Shown here piece by piece: positions 51,498-63,684 of a stretch of DNA of 64,000 nucleotides. The notes beneath the pieces were generated by a model. The model had not been told where the DNA came from. It ran no database searches and saw only the letters and a program-made list of their open reading frames with translations. A program made the position numbers and the translations under genes. This DNA comes from Eledone cirrhosa (lineage: Eukaryota): positions 213,466,001 through 213,530,000 of the forward strand of contig OZ024740.1 of assembly GCA_964016885.1 (NCBI GenBank), written 5' to 3'. The first letter of the stretch is position 1. The number at the start of each line of letters is the position of its first letter.

Positions 51498-54400
51498 TGA
51501 TCATCATCATTCATCATTTTACATCCGCTTTTCCCTGCTTGCAAGGGTGGGACGGGTCTTATTCAGCACAGCATCTCCCCACTTGCCACGGTCCATCTCC
51601 ACCGTGAGCTTCAGTGATCTGAGGTCTGTTCTCACCACCTCCACCCATGTTTTTCATGGTCTACCTCTACCACATCTTCCTTCAACTGGCATTTCCTGGC
51701 ACTTCTTCACCCATCGATCATCCTCCATGCGCATTACATGTCCATACCACCTCAGTCTCCTCTCTCGCACACTACATTCTATCCCTCTCAGACACAGTTT
51801 ATCTCTCAACACATACATGCTGGGTCGTTCATGCACATTGACACTGCACATCCAACGGAGCATGCTTACCTCATTTCTCTCCAGCCATCACATATCCTCA
51901 GCAGTTGCTGCCCATGTCTCACTACCATGTAGCATCGTGCTCCTCACACAGGCATCATACAACCAGCCTTTCGTACGCAGGGATAAACCCTTCTTCGTCA
52001 ACAGAGGAAGCAGCTCCCTAAACTTCTTCCAACCCGTCCTTATTCTAGATACTATGGCCTCGGAACACCCCCACCCCCCTCCCATACTAATCTGATCTAG
52101 GTACCGGAAGCTATCCACCACTTCGATAGCGCCCGCCTGCATTTGAAAAATGTGTCTATCAATGCGACTTCTACTGTCTAATTTCCCTGTACATCTACTG
52201 CATACATATTTCTCCCTACCTGTTAGTTTGCCTGCTATCCCACTACATCTCTTATGTACCCAGGATCTGCTTTGTGTGCATTTTATAGAATTTATGCCAG
52301 TTTCTTTTCTGCATATCGAACATGGCCATTTCCCTGACGGAATCAGAATTTTGTCCTCTTTTCTACTCATCAACACTTTTGTCTTAGCTAGGTTCACTCT
52401 GTCCTCTTGATTCCAACTGCTGTTTTCATAGCCAGAATTTATTCTCTTGCTCCTCTACTGATTCTGCTATAAGAATAAGATCATCAGCATAGAGAAGTTC
52501 CCATGGACAGCCAGTCTTACACTCCTCTGTTATGGCTTGAAGGACTATAATGAACAAGAGCAGGCTGAGGACCGAACCTTGATGTACTCCTACTTGTATC
52601 TGGAATTCCTCACTAAACTCCATTCCTACCCTGACTTTACTGACAGCACCTCTGTACAAAGTTTGCACTGTCCTCACAAGCCATTACTTAACACCTAGTT
52701 TCTTTAGGGACGACCAGATGACTGATCGGGGTACCCTATCAAAGGCCTTCTCTAGGTCAACAAAGGCTAAGTATAGTGGCTTATTCTTCTTTAAGAACCT
52801 CTCTTGTAATTGTCTCACCAAGAAGAGGCACAAAACGAAACTGCATCTCATCTAGTTTGACCCTTTCTCTAATTAGTTGTGCTAATATCATTTCTGCCAC
52901 TTTCATAACTTGATCCATCAGTTTTATACCCCTATAATTGCTCCTCTCCAGAGCATCCCCTTTACCTTTGTAGCAATTTATGAGAATACTGCTGCACCAG
53001 TCTTTGGGTATGACACCACCATATATAGCCTGATTGATGATGCGTGCAACCAGTTTAGTACCTACGTCCCCTGATGCCTTCAGCACTCAGCAACTATCCC
53101 CGACGGTCCAGCAGCCTTACCATTTTTCATTTCCTTAATCGCTTCTTGGACCCTATATTCGTCAATCTCAATAGCTGGTCCCTCTGTCAGATCTACTGAG
53201 GGTAATTTCTCTCTCTCCCATTCGTTCATCAGCATTTCATAATGACATTTCCAGGCCTCCTTTTTCTGATCATTTGTGACACTAAGTACACCGGCATCAT
53301 TCCGGACACATTTATCTCCAACAACATCCTGATTTGCATTGACACACTGCCTTGCAATGTGGAACACCGCACACCTCTGATTTTCCCATCGCAGAACATT
53401 GGCAAACCTCCTACTCTCAGCCTCCCTGCATGCTAAGTATACCTGACATCTAACTTCTCTCTTAGCGGCTGTATATTCTTCTCTACTCCCACCCTTTTTC
53501 CAAGCCTTCCATGCTAGTCTTTTGTCTCTAATGGCCTTATCTATTGTGCTGTTCCACCACCAGGTCACTCTCTCTCAGGTTGGAGCTCTATTCCAGCCAC
53601 AAGTTTCATCAGTAGCCTGCAGTAAGTTGTCACGTAAGAAATTCCAGTTATTATCTGTCATACGTCTCTAAAACGTCTTCTTTTTCTTCATACACATCTT
53701 GAAGGGCTTTCCTAAATGTGTATTTTAGTGAAAGGTCTTTTAGCTTCCAGACCTTTCTTCTCCACACCTTCCTGTATGACTCATTCCATCTCTTGCTTAC
53801 CGAGATATCACTAACGACTAACCTATGCTGTGGGGTACATTCTTCCCCAGGGTATGCCTTGGTATTTGACACCATCTGCCTATCCCGCTGCCTAACTAGT
53901 AAGAAGTCAATCTGGCTTATATGCTCGCCTGATTTGTAGGTTATTAGGTGGTTGGCAGGTTTCTGGAAGTTAGTGTTGCAAATAGTCAGTGTACTTGCAT
54001 CACAAAATTCAAGAAGTCTCACTCCTTCTTCATTTCTTGAGCTGTAACCGTGCCCACCATGTACCCCAGTGTAACCATCCTGGAGCTGTCCGACATGACC
54101 ACTGAAGTCCCCTATTAGCATAATGATGTCTCCGTCCTCTGTCATTGCGGTTGTTTGTAAAAGTTGCTCGTAAAAGCAGTCTTTCTCTTCTTTGCCTAGG
54201 CCTGTTTGGGGAGCATAGGCAGAGATGATTGTCAGTAGTCTCCTGCCTACAACTAATCTAAGCTTAATTATTTGATTATTAACTACCTCTATTGTCTTAT
54301 TAACCCATCTCTCAGCCAGGAAAATGCCTACTCCCCCTAACCCATCATCCTTACCTACCCTGAAAAGCTTATAGCTAAGATGTTTGCCTGCGACTAGACT

Positions 54401-54715
54401 CGCAGAGGCACCTCTCCATCTCACCTCTTGCATGCAGCACACATCCACATGCCTTCTCTCCAGCATCTCCGCTATTTCAGCAGATCTACCTGTGAGAGTG
54501 CCAACATTAAGTGTTGCAACTCTGAGATGCGACGTCTTCATATTTTTTGTTGTTCCTATATACCTGTTGCTGTGCTTATAGTTGTTTTGGCATTGATACA
54601 CTGGTTAGATGCCCTTCCTAACACCAGTTCCACTTTACAGCATGGACTGGGTGCTTTTATTTGTGCCACCAGCACTAGAGAGGATGTCTTACTGGACTCA
54701 TAGGCCCTCTCTACC
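51498..54715 (-). mobile_element. Near full-length RTE-clade LINE (APE endonuclease and RT), pseudogenized
   Basis: Motifs: ATLNVGT, CMQEVRW, ISAYAPQ, GDFSGHVG, SQIDF, PQHRLVV; YKGKGD..SNYRGIKL, FVDLEKAFD, GVHQGSVLS, LLYADDL, LRWYGHV. (GAT)n tail. Several frameshifts and stops. Confidence 0.95.
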
Positions 54716-54949
54716 CCTCCATTTTACAGCATGGTCATACAAAAAAAAAATAATAATAAAAAAAAAAAAATAACAATCTCTAGCAATTAAGCAGTTAAGA
54801 ATAAGAAGACATTAGTGGTCATGGCTAGAACACCTGCTCAATCCCAGCTTCTGACCCTAAGAGGATGATGTGGCCAAATGTTTTACTGTGATGGCTGCAC
54901 ATTTATTTGATGTTATGATCAGCTTTTATATGAGAGGTGAAGCAATCAG

Positions 54950-55925
54950 AAAAGAAATGAATGTAAGCCCTATAATTGAGAGGAATCGAGTGGCGTGATT
55001 CTGGTGGTTTGGGCATGTTGTCAGGATGAGTGAAAACAACCCTGTCAAGCAAGTTGTTTGGTGTCTGGTTTGGTCTAAATCTCCAGGTGTACAAAACCTA
55101 GGACAAAGTAACAAGAAGGGTTGTGACTTTTACTGAGCAATGGGCCAAAAGAAACTATTTTTGACAGGTCAGGCAGATGTAACGAATGTGTATATAACAT
55201 CTGCCATCGACAACCATCTGACTGTTGAGCCTTGTTGTGGTCCACGTTTGACTGCACAGGAAAACCTGCTCTTTTGTTTATTGTGGAAGATGCATTCTAA
55301 TAAGCACTACAAAGATGGAAGTGTTGTCAGCCGAGTCTGTCCGAGATGCACTTAGCAACTGGAATGTTGTTAAGTGCTCACAGCCCTTTATCAGTCAAGT
55401 ACAGCGATTGACAGAAAATCCAAATACCGAAGGATAGCTTCCAGAAATCCTTGGCTTAGCAATGTTACCAGGGGCATTGCCAGTTTGAAATAATCTCTAC
55501 AGGCACATGATCGTATTCTTTCAGGCATTACCCAAGATTCATGACCATAAGTAAGAGTTGGCATGAATACTGAATTGAAGATAGCAAGTTTGGCTTTTAC
55601 ACCTACTTCCCTTCTTCTGATGGCTGAATCCTGAAGCTGGCGCATTACTGCACTAGCTCCTGCAATTCATGCACTTAATTCAGCCTCTTTCACTCGTGAA
55701 CATGAAACACTTAAACTTCTCCACCTGTTTCAGTGGAACTCCACTCACATACAAAGTGCACTGGGAAGGCTTCTTTGAGAGGACGAGTGTCTTGGTCTTT
55801 GAAGCACTGATTTTCACTCTTGCTGTGCAGCACTCGACAGCAAACCTATTGAGTGCATGTCAGCGATCCCCGAACGATTTAAGTAATACAATGTCGTCTG
55901 TAAATTCCTGCCGACTGATCTTACA
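54950..55925. mobile_element. Old RTE fragments: (+) 54950-55140 and (-) 55500-55925
   Basis: WFGHVVRM (+). FTDDIVLL and AKLAIFNSVFMPTLTYGHESW (-). Confidence 0.65.
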
Positions 55926-56389
55926 CGATGTCATTTCTCTCAAAATAAAATTCGGAAGATAACGCTTTCTTAAGTGATTACACCATTAAATTAATGTCAC
56001 TTGGTCTCCACTGTTCCCCTTCCTATATTTATTTAAGAGCAACCAATGATTTAAAAAAAAAAAGGTATAGTTCCACATTACTCAGGAACGTTGGCTGGGC
56101 GAATTTTATTTTAATAATAAACACAATTTTATTAAATAATATATATTTATACATAAATAAAATTACAAATTGCTCACAATTTTTTCAGAATAACATTACA
56201 AATATAATGTCATTGATAAACACAAATATAAATACATATAACAAATACAATTAACTATTGCTAGGAACCTCACAAAAACAACACGAAAATATATGACCAG
56301 AGTGAGAGAAAGAAGAAAGAAAAAATTGGGAGAGACGAAAACGACCATCAATTCACCACCAAGTGTGACGATCGGCCACACATCATACC

Positions 56390-56730
56390 ATAACACACGT
56401 GGGCATGCCCATAAAGTCAGAAAACAGCACAGTTCCCATGACTTTCGGAAACATTTTTTCACGTTCAGAGTTACTGAAGCATCGAACAAACTACCTGCAC
56501 CAATTGTTAGCTGTCGAGACACTGCATCCTTTAAAACCTCCATGCTTCCCGAGATTCGCCAACACTACACCTAATGTTCCCCCTCCATACACATACATAC
56601 ATGTATATCATGACTCATACACTATTCACTTCCCTGACATTTGTATATTATTCTATGTACTATACATGCACCTTTGACGAGTTGTAGTGCACCTGAGCAC
56701 TTTACACAATAATTTCATTATTATTATTAT
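56390..56730 (+). mobile_element. CR1 LINE 3' fragment, same family as 14780-15625
   Basis: TRGHAHKVRKQHSSHDFRKHFFTFRV, plus a matching 3' UTR and (ATT)n tail. Confidence 0.9.
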
Positions 56731-56734
56731 AAGG

Positions 56735-57212
56735 GTCAACGGAATATTTTGAGGCAAGCCAACACACTCACAACATAACCACGAGGCTAAGGTGATGAAA
56801 TAACCAAGCACCTTCACCGGCATCACCTGACACTTCAGTAAGGCGAGGTGATGGTGAGGCTAAGACACTGAAACAACCAGGCACCTCACGACCATCACTT
56901 GACACCTCAGTAAAGCGAGCCGCCAGTGATGACAAGAACTTCGCTGTCAGCGACACAACTCAACAAACGTCTCGAACGCCACAGCTGGGAAAAATAATTA
57001 TTAGATAGATCTATGTATTTCCGAATTTTATTCCGTCCAGCAACGGAAGCAGTGACCCTCACATTTACAGCGGCATCCCTCCATGTGGGAGGGAGCAAAA
57101 GAGTCACTGACTGTCGTGTCCCATATCAGGCATCTACCTTTTACTCCGGGACAAAGGGTAAGGCCGTCTGGTCTCTTCCCATCACTTCTGGATAGACCAG
57201 CCGGCTCCAGAG
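56735..57212 (-). mobile_element. CRE-like retrotransposon 3' fragment with an internal ~66-bp duplication
   Basis: [18 protein letters not shown] on the minus strand. The nucleotides match 39290-39680. Confidence 0.8.
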
Positions 57213-57645
57213 ATTGTGTTGTTTGGGTTTTGGTTTCATTCAGAACGATACGATATTAAAAACAAAAAACAAAACAAAACTGGGTAAATTTATATAAAAG
57301 AACACGCCATGGTTCGTTCAGAGCTCGAAATCGCCTTTTTTTCACCCAGAAAACGGAACTGAGGGATGAGATGAACCTCGGATTTTTCCCTCTTCAGAAT
57401 TCTCTTCGGCTGGAAAAACCCGAGGATCCCCCCTCACCTCAAGTCCTTATTTAACTTTTCTAAGAAAAAAATAAACAACTTTTTAAAAATTGCTTATTTG
57501 TTCTAAATAAGAAAAACTATTAACTTCGCCTGTTTTTAAACATCAATAGTAAAATATAAACTGTATTAAAATAGAAATAAATAATATTTCAAGGGAGATA
57601 ATCAATGCTTAACTTTTACTGGTTGCATGTTCTTGAATCGAGTCC

Positions 57646-57908
57646 TTGCATTCCTTAACTATATTTGTTTCTACTTTTGGCACAAGGCCATCAATTAGTT
57701 CAGTGTATTACTGGTACTTTATTTTATCGACCCCGTAAGGATGAAAGGCAAAGTTAACCTCGGCGGGATTTGAACTTAGACCGTAAAGGGCCGAGGTTAA
57801 CTTTGCGTTTCATCCTTACGGAGCCGATAAAATAAGGTACCAGTAATACACTGATATAATTGCTGGCCTTGTGCCAAAAGTAGAAACAAATATAGTTAAG
57901 AAATGCAA
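57646..57908. repeat. Palindrome of two head-to-head family B SINE halves, including their flanks
   Basis: The ~120-bp arms are reverse complements around a ~25-bp centre. The flank TTGCATTCCTTAACTATATT is also inverted. Confidence 0.88.
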
Positions 57909-58024
57909 TAGTTACTGAAGGAAGGAATTCATGATTTTTTGGCGTCCACTATCAGATTTACGTATACCTTGTACCTCACTGTCTATCTTCCTGTACTACA
58001 CTGAACCCCATAACACTCCCAACG

Positions 58025-58878
58025 CTCCCTATCACTGTTGTTGCTATGGTGACAGTTCTGGTTGGGTAGACCTAAATAAACAATAATGTTGATATATATA
58101 TATATATATATATATTGAATTAAGAACTCAGGGTAGTCTCTTACAATTAAATAGCTCTAAGAAAAAAGCTTTTCCGAGATTGAATAAACAAGAGAGATGA
58201 ACACTAATATAAACACATGTGTTCGAATCGTAAGGACCAAATTTGCTGGGGTGAAAAAATACTAACTACAGCAATATAGTTTGTTATCCTTAACTTTAAA
58301 TATTAAATTAAGAAAAATAAAGAAAAATAACAGACCTATAGTGGGCAAAAATGCCTGGTAACAACTAAACAGTGTTGGAGACTGTTTCGCAACGACTTAT
58401 TAAGTGAAGTTCCCACGTTTCTCTGCTCCTCCGAATGACACGTGCGATAATTCATATCGTACACAATTCATTCTCTAATATTTTTAGAAGTGAAAGGATC
58501 ACTAATTTCTCAACAACTACTGAGGAGCAGTGAAAAGTGAGAACTTCACTTAATAAGTCGTTGTGAAACAGTCACCAACACTGTCTAGTTGTTACCAGGC
58601 GTTTTTGCCCAATATAGGTCTTATTTTTCTTTATTTTTCTTAATTTAATATTTTAAATTAAGGATAACAAATTATATTGCTGTAGTTAGTATTTTTTCAC
58701 CCCAGCAAATTTGGTCCTTACGATTCGAACACGTGTTTATATTAGTGTTTATCTCTCTTGTTTATTCAATTATATATATATATATAATTGGTGTTGGATG
58801 CTTATATATATCAACATTATTGTTTATTTAGGTCTACCCAACCAGAACTGTCACCATAGCAACAGCAGTGATAGGGGA
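58025..58878. repeat. Long fold-back element (arms ~58025-58430 and ~58522-58878, ~90-bp spacer)
   Basis: Extensive reverse-complement identity, e.g. GTGTTCGAATCGTAAGGACCAAATTTGCTGGGGTGAAAAAATACTAACTACAGCAATATA versus 58673-58735. Confidence 0.92.
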
Positions 58879-58938
58879 GTTCAGGTAAAACTTGAACCGT
58901 TAACATCTCATTCCTGGATATTTATAAAATAAACTTTG

Positions 58939-58999
58939 TATTTTATCTGATGAGTGTGTACCAAAGTTTTGGTACTCTTGAAATATATATAATAGAATA
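58939..58999 (+). ncRNA. Minimal type I hammerhead ribozyme motif (Penelope-type), partly decayed
   Basis: TATTTTAT-CTGATGA-gtgtGTACCAAA/TTTGGTACtctt-GAAA-TATATA-TA-ATAGAATA: stem I, core, stem II and a palindromic stem III. Confidence 0.55.
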
Positions 59000-59214
59000 A
59001 ATATGGTTTTATGAATATAGTTTCCATTTATTTAATATCATTGATATTATACTCCAGAAAACTTGTTGAGTGCTTCGAATCAGTTATAAATATGTATATT
59101 TGTTGAATTACCAACAAATTAAATATCCCTTTTGCTTATATATAATATATATATATATATATACACATATACATGTATCCATCGTTAAATGATGATGATG
59201 ATGATATATATTCA

Positions 59215-59288
<74 letters not shown>

Positions 59289-59300
59289 TTAATATAGATG

Positions 59301-59351
59301 AGATTCTACAGGACTAGAACTGTTTCATTCTTTAGAAATCATCAGGAATCT
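59301..59351 (-). ncRNA. Type I hammerhead ribozyme motif
   Basis: Minus strand reads AGATTC-CTGATGA-tTTCtaaaGAAt-GAAA-CAG(ttctagtc)CTG-TA-GAATCT: perfect 6-bp stem I, stem III and a GUA cleavage triplet. The first stem II pair is U-U. Confidence 0.65.
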
Positions 59352-59815
59352 GGCTTTCCAAAATAAATGTTGTGGTATTTATATCTTTTCAGGTGGTAGG
59401 AGAGGGTGGGGAGTGGGATGGGTGGAGGTTATTGGTTGAAAGAAAAGGGAATTCATTAAAAGCTAATTCTTTAAGGCTATAATTTATATTTAGAGTGACA
59501 AAGGCAGAAAGAATTCTATAAACAGATTCAGATTGGAGAGCCACTCCTTATTTTTAAGTTTCTCTTAGGCTAACAATGCCTATATTTCAGGTGTCTATAA
59601 GATGGTTGGGGGTCGGCCATGGTTGATGGATTTAAAGAAAAGGGAAATTCTTTAAAAGCTAATTCTTTAAAGCTCTACTTAGAGAGACAAAGGCCAAGAG
59701 AATTCTATAAACCAGTTCAAAATATTGGGTGCCTATCATATCATTATTGTCATGTTTCTCTTAAGCTAAATTCCAGGTGTCAACAGACACATTCACATAC
59801 ACACACATATATATA

Positions 59816-60496
59816 ATAGCTTTTTTTTAGTTATTGCTCGCACCAACCTGAGGTATATGATTTTTAATGCGATGAAATACCAATGATGGTTGGCAAATCA
59901 CTGACGAGGGACTAATTTTATAATATGTAACCCATGTGCAACCAAGCAGTATTCCTCTTCTCATGTTTTTTATACTATTTACCTCGGCTGCGTTTGTCTG
60001 TTTCTCTCTTTCTCTCTTACTGCTTCCCCGTTCTCTCTGTTTCTCTCACCTTCTTTCGCCCCCTCTGTCAGTTACACTTTCTCTCGACTGATCTCTTCTT
60101 CGCACTTCCACTCATTCACTCTCTGTTTCTCCCCTTCTCACTTCTTCCCGTTTCGTTGGTAGTGGGGTTCTTTCTTTCTTTCTCACATCTCACTCACGTC
60201 GGACGGTCTGTATTCTGAACGCTCATGAAATTCACCCAGTTTATGCTGACCGGATAACCATGTTGCTTATTTTTTTTCCTAACTTCGGTTTGCTTTATCC
60301 TTCTATGTTGTTTACTTGTCCCCCTCGCTTTACGCGACTCACTTGTCCCAATAGCTTTTTTTAGTTATTGCTCGCACCAACCTGAGGTATATGATTTTTA
60401 ATGCGATGAAATACCAATGATGGTTGGCAAATTACTGACGAGGGACTAAATTTATAATATGTAACCCATGTGCAAACACGCAGTATTCCTCTTCTC

Positions 60497-60498
<2 letters not shown>
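59816..60498. repeat. ~147-bp direct repeats (59816-59962 and 60351-60498) flanking ~390 bp of CT-rich sequence
   Basis: AATAGCTTTTTTTTAGTTATTGCTCGCACCAACCTGAGG...GCAGTATTCCTCTTCTC occurs twice. Confidence 0.85.
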
Positions 60499-60539
<41 letters not shown>

Positions 60540-60788
60540 CCCAATTCCGTCCCTCATCCCAATTCCGTCCCTCCATCTCTCATTATTACCCTCTTTCCTC
60601 CCCTCTATCTCTCATTATTACCTTCTTTCCTCCCCTCCAGGTCTTATATATTGTGTTGTATGCCTCTGAGTTAAGTTCCGTGGCCGCACACACAAATTCA
60701 CGTATATACCTGCTCATGTTTGCATACGTGCAGTTATGAACTTCTGCACGCACACGTTCGTGATTTATTTATCTATTTATCTGTATAT

Positions 60789-60819
<31 letters not shown>

Positions 60820-60833
60820 GTTACTTTATTTAC

Positions 60834-60880
<47 letters not shown>

Positions 60881-61332
60881 CTTATTTACTGGTTTATTTG
60901 TTTATCTGTTTGTTTGTATGTTAGTTAACTCATTCATTTATTTATTAATTTATGAGTGAATGATTAGGTTAATGAATAGATAAAAGATAAAAGATAGGTA
61001 ACGAATAGTGAATGGTAAATAGTAAATAATAAATAGTAATTAATTACTTGATGATAATATTAATAACTTAGTAGTGATATTAATTATTTTAATCCTCTAT
61101 CAGGCCCAGTTTAAAATTTAAAGTTTAAAATTTTAAATTTAAAGTTTAAAATTTGAAGTTTGGAATTTAAAATTTAAAATTTAAAATTTGTCCCACTACC
61201 ATTATATTATAGACACATGTATGAGTGCGAACGAGTGCGTGTTTGTGCATATGCGTTTATGTGTACTTATTTGTATGTATGTATGTGTGTGTGCTTGTAT
61301 ATGTGTATATGTGTGTGTATGTATATATGTAG

Positions 61333-61386
<54 letters not shown>

Positions 61387-61407
61387 TTATATATGTATAT
61401 GTGTTTG

Positions 61408-61680
61408 TCATCATCATCATCATCATCACCGTTTTACGTCCGTTCTTCCACGCTAGCATGGGTTAGACGGGTTGTCCTGTTGTGGGCAGTGTCTGGTCGG
61501 CTGACCATGCCTTGCTCATACAGGAACTGATCTGGCTTGATTTCTACAGCTGGATGCCCTTCCTAACACCAACCTCATTTACAGTGAGTGCTGGGTGCTT
61601 TTTCGTGGCGCCTACACGTCCACTTTACAGTGTGGGCTGGGTGCTTTTTTGCCGTGGCACCTCCACGACCACCTTGCGGT
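61408..61680 (-). mobile_element. Family A SINE with two internal ~47-bp units
   Basis: (CAT)n tail; CATTTACAGTGAGTGCTGGGTGCTTTTTCGTGGCGCCTACACGT followed by CCACTTTACAGTGTGGGCTGGGTGCTTTTTTGCCGTGGCACCTCCACGA. Confidence 0.88.
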
Positions 61681-61709
61681 GGGGGGGGGGGGGGGCATAT
61701 TGTTTATAT

Positions 61710-62622
61710 GCTTCAGCATGTACCCATGGGAGGTCGGGTACCCTGTATTACTGCGTGACGCCAGAAGTCACGGTCGTGTGTCATTGACTTTGAGAGGTGT
61801 AGTTGGGTAAGGTCGGCTTTTATCACCTCATCCCAAGTCATCTTGGGTCTCCCCACTCCGCGGTTTCCATCAACTTCTAGTGCTCTGCACCTTTTTATGC
61901 AGCTGTCATCCTTCATACGCATCACATGTCCATACCAGCGTAACCGCCTCTCCTGCACGCAGCATTTGATTCCTCTTATGCTCAGTCTCTCTCTCAATTC
62001 ATTTATGCTTTGTCGTTCACGTATATTACTGTTACACATCCATCGGAGCATGCAGGCTTCGTTTCTCTCTAATCTACGTAAGTCTTCCACCTTCAGCGCC
62101 CAGGTCTCACTACCATGCAACATCGCTGTTCGGATACACGCATCATACAGTCTGCCTTTCATTCTGAGGGAGAAGCCTTTTGCAGCTAGCAGTGGTAGTA
62201 GTTCCCTAAACTTCTTCCATCCCGTTCTTACCCTAGTTATTGTACTTTCTGAGCACCCACCTCCGTTGCTAATTCGGTCACCTAGGTAGCAGAAGCTGTC
62301 TACTGTTTCTACAGGGCCCTCCCAGAGATTGGTGGTACTTGTTTCCTGTGGCTGTTTGCTTGCTGTTTCAGCACAGCTGCTGCATGTGAATCCTACATTC
62401 TTAATTAAGCTTCCTGAGATCCCGCTACATCTCTTGTGTACCCATTGTTTGCATTTGGGGCAAAGAATGGAGTTCCTACCTACACCTTTCCTACATACTG
62501 AGCAAGGCCATTTCCCTGAGGGGATCTGGGTTCTGTTTTCTCGTCTACTTATAAGGACCTTAGTCTTTGTCATGTTGACTTTGAGGCCCTTTCTCTCTAG
62601 TCCCTGCTTCCAGGTTTGGAAT
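61710..62622 (-). mobile_element. RTE LINE 3' fragment with an intact reading frame (RT C-terminus, Cys-rich insert)
   Basis: WKQGLERKGLKVNMTKTK..WPCSVC..C.KC..WVHKRCSG..FCYLGD..LHGSETW..LRWYGHVMR. Confidence 0.9.
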
Positions 62623-62764
62623 TTATTTGTATATATGTATATATGTGTTTGTGTGTGTGTGTATGTATGTGTATGTATGTGTGTGCATATGTATGTATGT
62701 GTATGTATAGTATAGTTTATACCGAGAGACATACATACATGTAGGTGTGTATATATATATATGT

Positions 62765-62798
<34 letters not shown>

Positions 62799-62811
62799 AT
62801 GCGCACGTGTG

Positions 62812-62852
<41 letters not shown>

Positions 62853-62982
62853 ATGTGTATGCGTGTGTGTATATTTGTGTGTTTGTGTTTTTTCTTGTGT
62901 ATATATGTATATATGTGTTTGTATGTATGTGTGTGTGTGTGTGTATATGTATGTGTGTGTATGTGTATATATATATATATAT

Positions 62983-63168
62983 TGCACTCAATGCTCCTTT
63001 GGGAGCCCCTACATGGACACACTAGAAGAGGAAGACCAAGGTTAACATATGTTGATGCCCTAAGGACAGACACTGGTCTGTTGGAGATGCAGGATATGGC
63101 AGCGATAATGAGGGACAGAGACCGCTGGAGAGAACTCGTCCATGGATCTCGGGAATTTTACCCGCCTT

Positions 63169-63170
<2 letters not shown>
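62983..63170 (+). mobile_element. RTE LINE 3' terminal fragment in a TA microsatellite
   Basis: LLWEP.HG..RRGRP..TYVD.L..DTG......M.DR..WR. Confidence 0.7.
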
Positions 63171-63220
<50 letters not shown>

Positions 63221-63299
63221 ATATGTGTGTATGTGTGTGTATATATATATATGTGTGTGTATGTGTAGGTATGCACACATATATGTATATATATATATA

Positions 63300-63580
63300 T
63301 ATTTGATCATGCTTTTATATTTAAATTTATTTCATTCCTTGTATTTTGATCATGCTTTATTTTTATTTTTATTTTTTTCATTCGCACCGTTTCCTTTCGC
63401 TATATGTCTCTCCACCACTCCCCTACACACCCTTTGAACTCTGTTCCCACACACTTCTCACCTGAGGAATGGCTTATGCCCGAAACGTCGTCCCCCACCA
63501 ACACCCCACTCTCCAGAGCGTGAAATTAATAAACATTCGTTGTACTGCCTCTCTGTTTTGTCCCTGTTCAAATTTTTCCA
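63300..63580 (+). mobile_element. Penelope-type pLTR copy with a minimal hammerhead motif, same family as 13640-13900
   Basis: CCTGAGGAATGGCTTATGCCCGAAACGTCG at ~63461-63490. The flanks align with the reverse complement of 13640-13900. Confidence 0.65.
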
Positions 63581-63585
63581 TTATA

Positions 63586-63684
<99 letters not shown>

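Noticed and set aside
59843-59912. Hammerhead in the direct repeats (CTGAGG..GAAA; CTGACGA)
   Set aside because: The core boxes cannot be assembled with consistent stems II and III and an NUH triplet.
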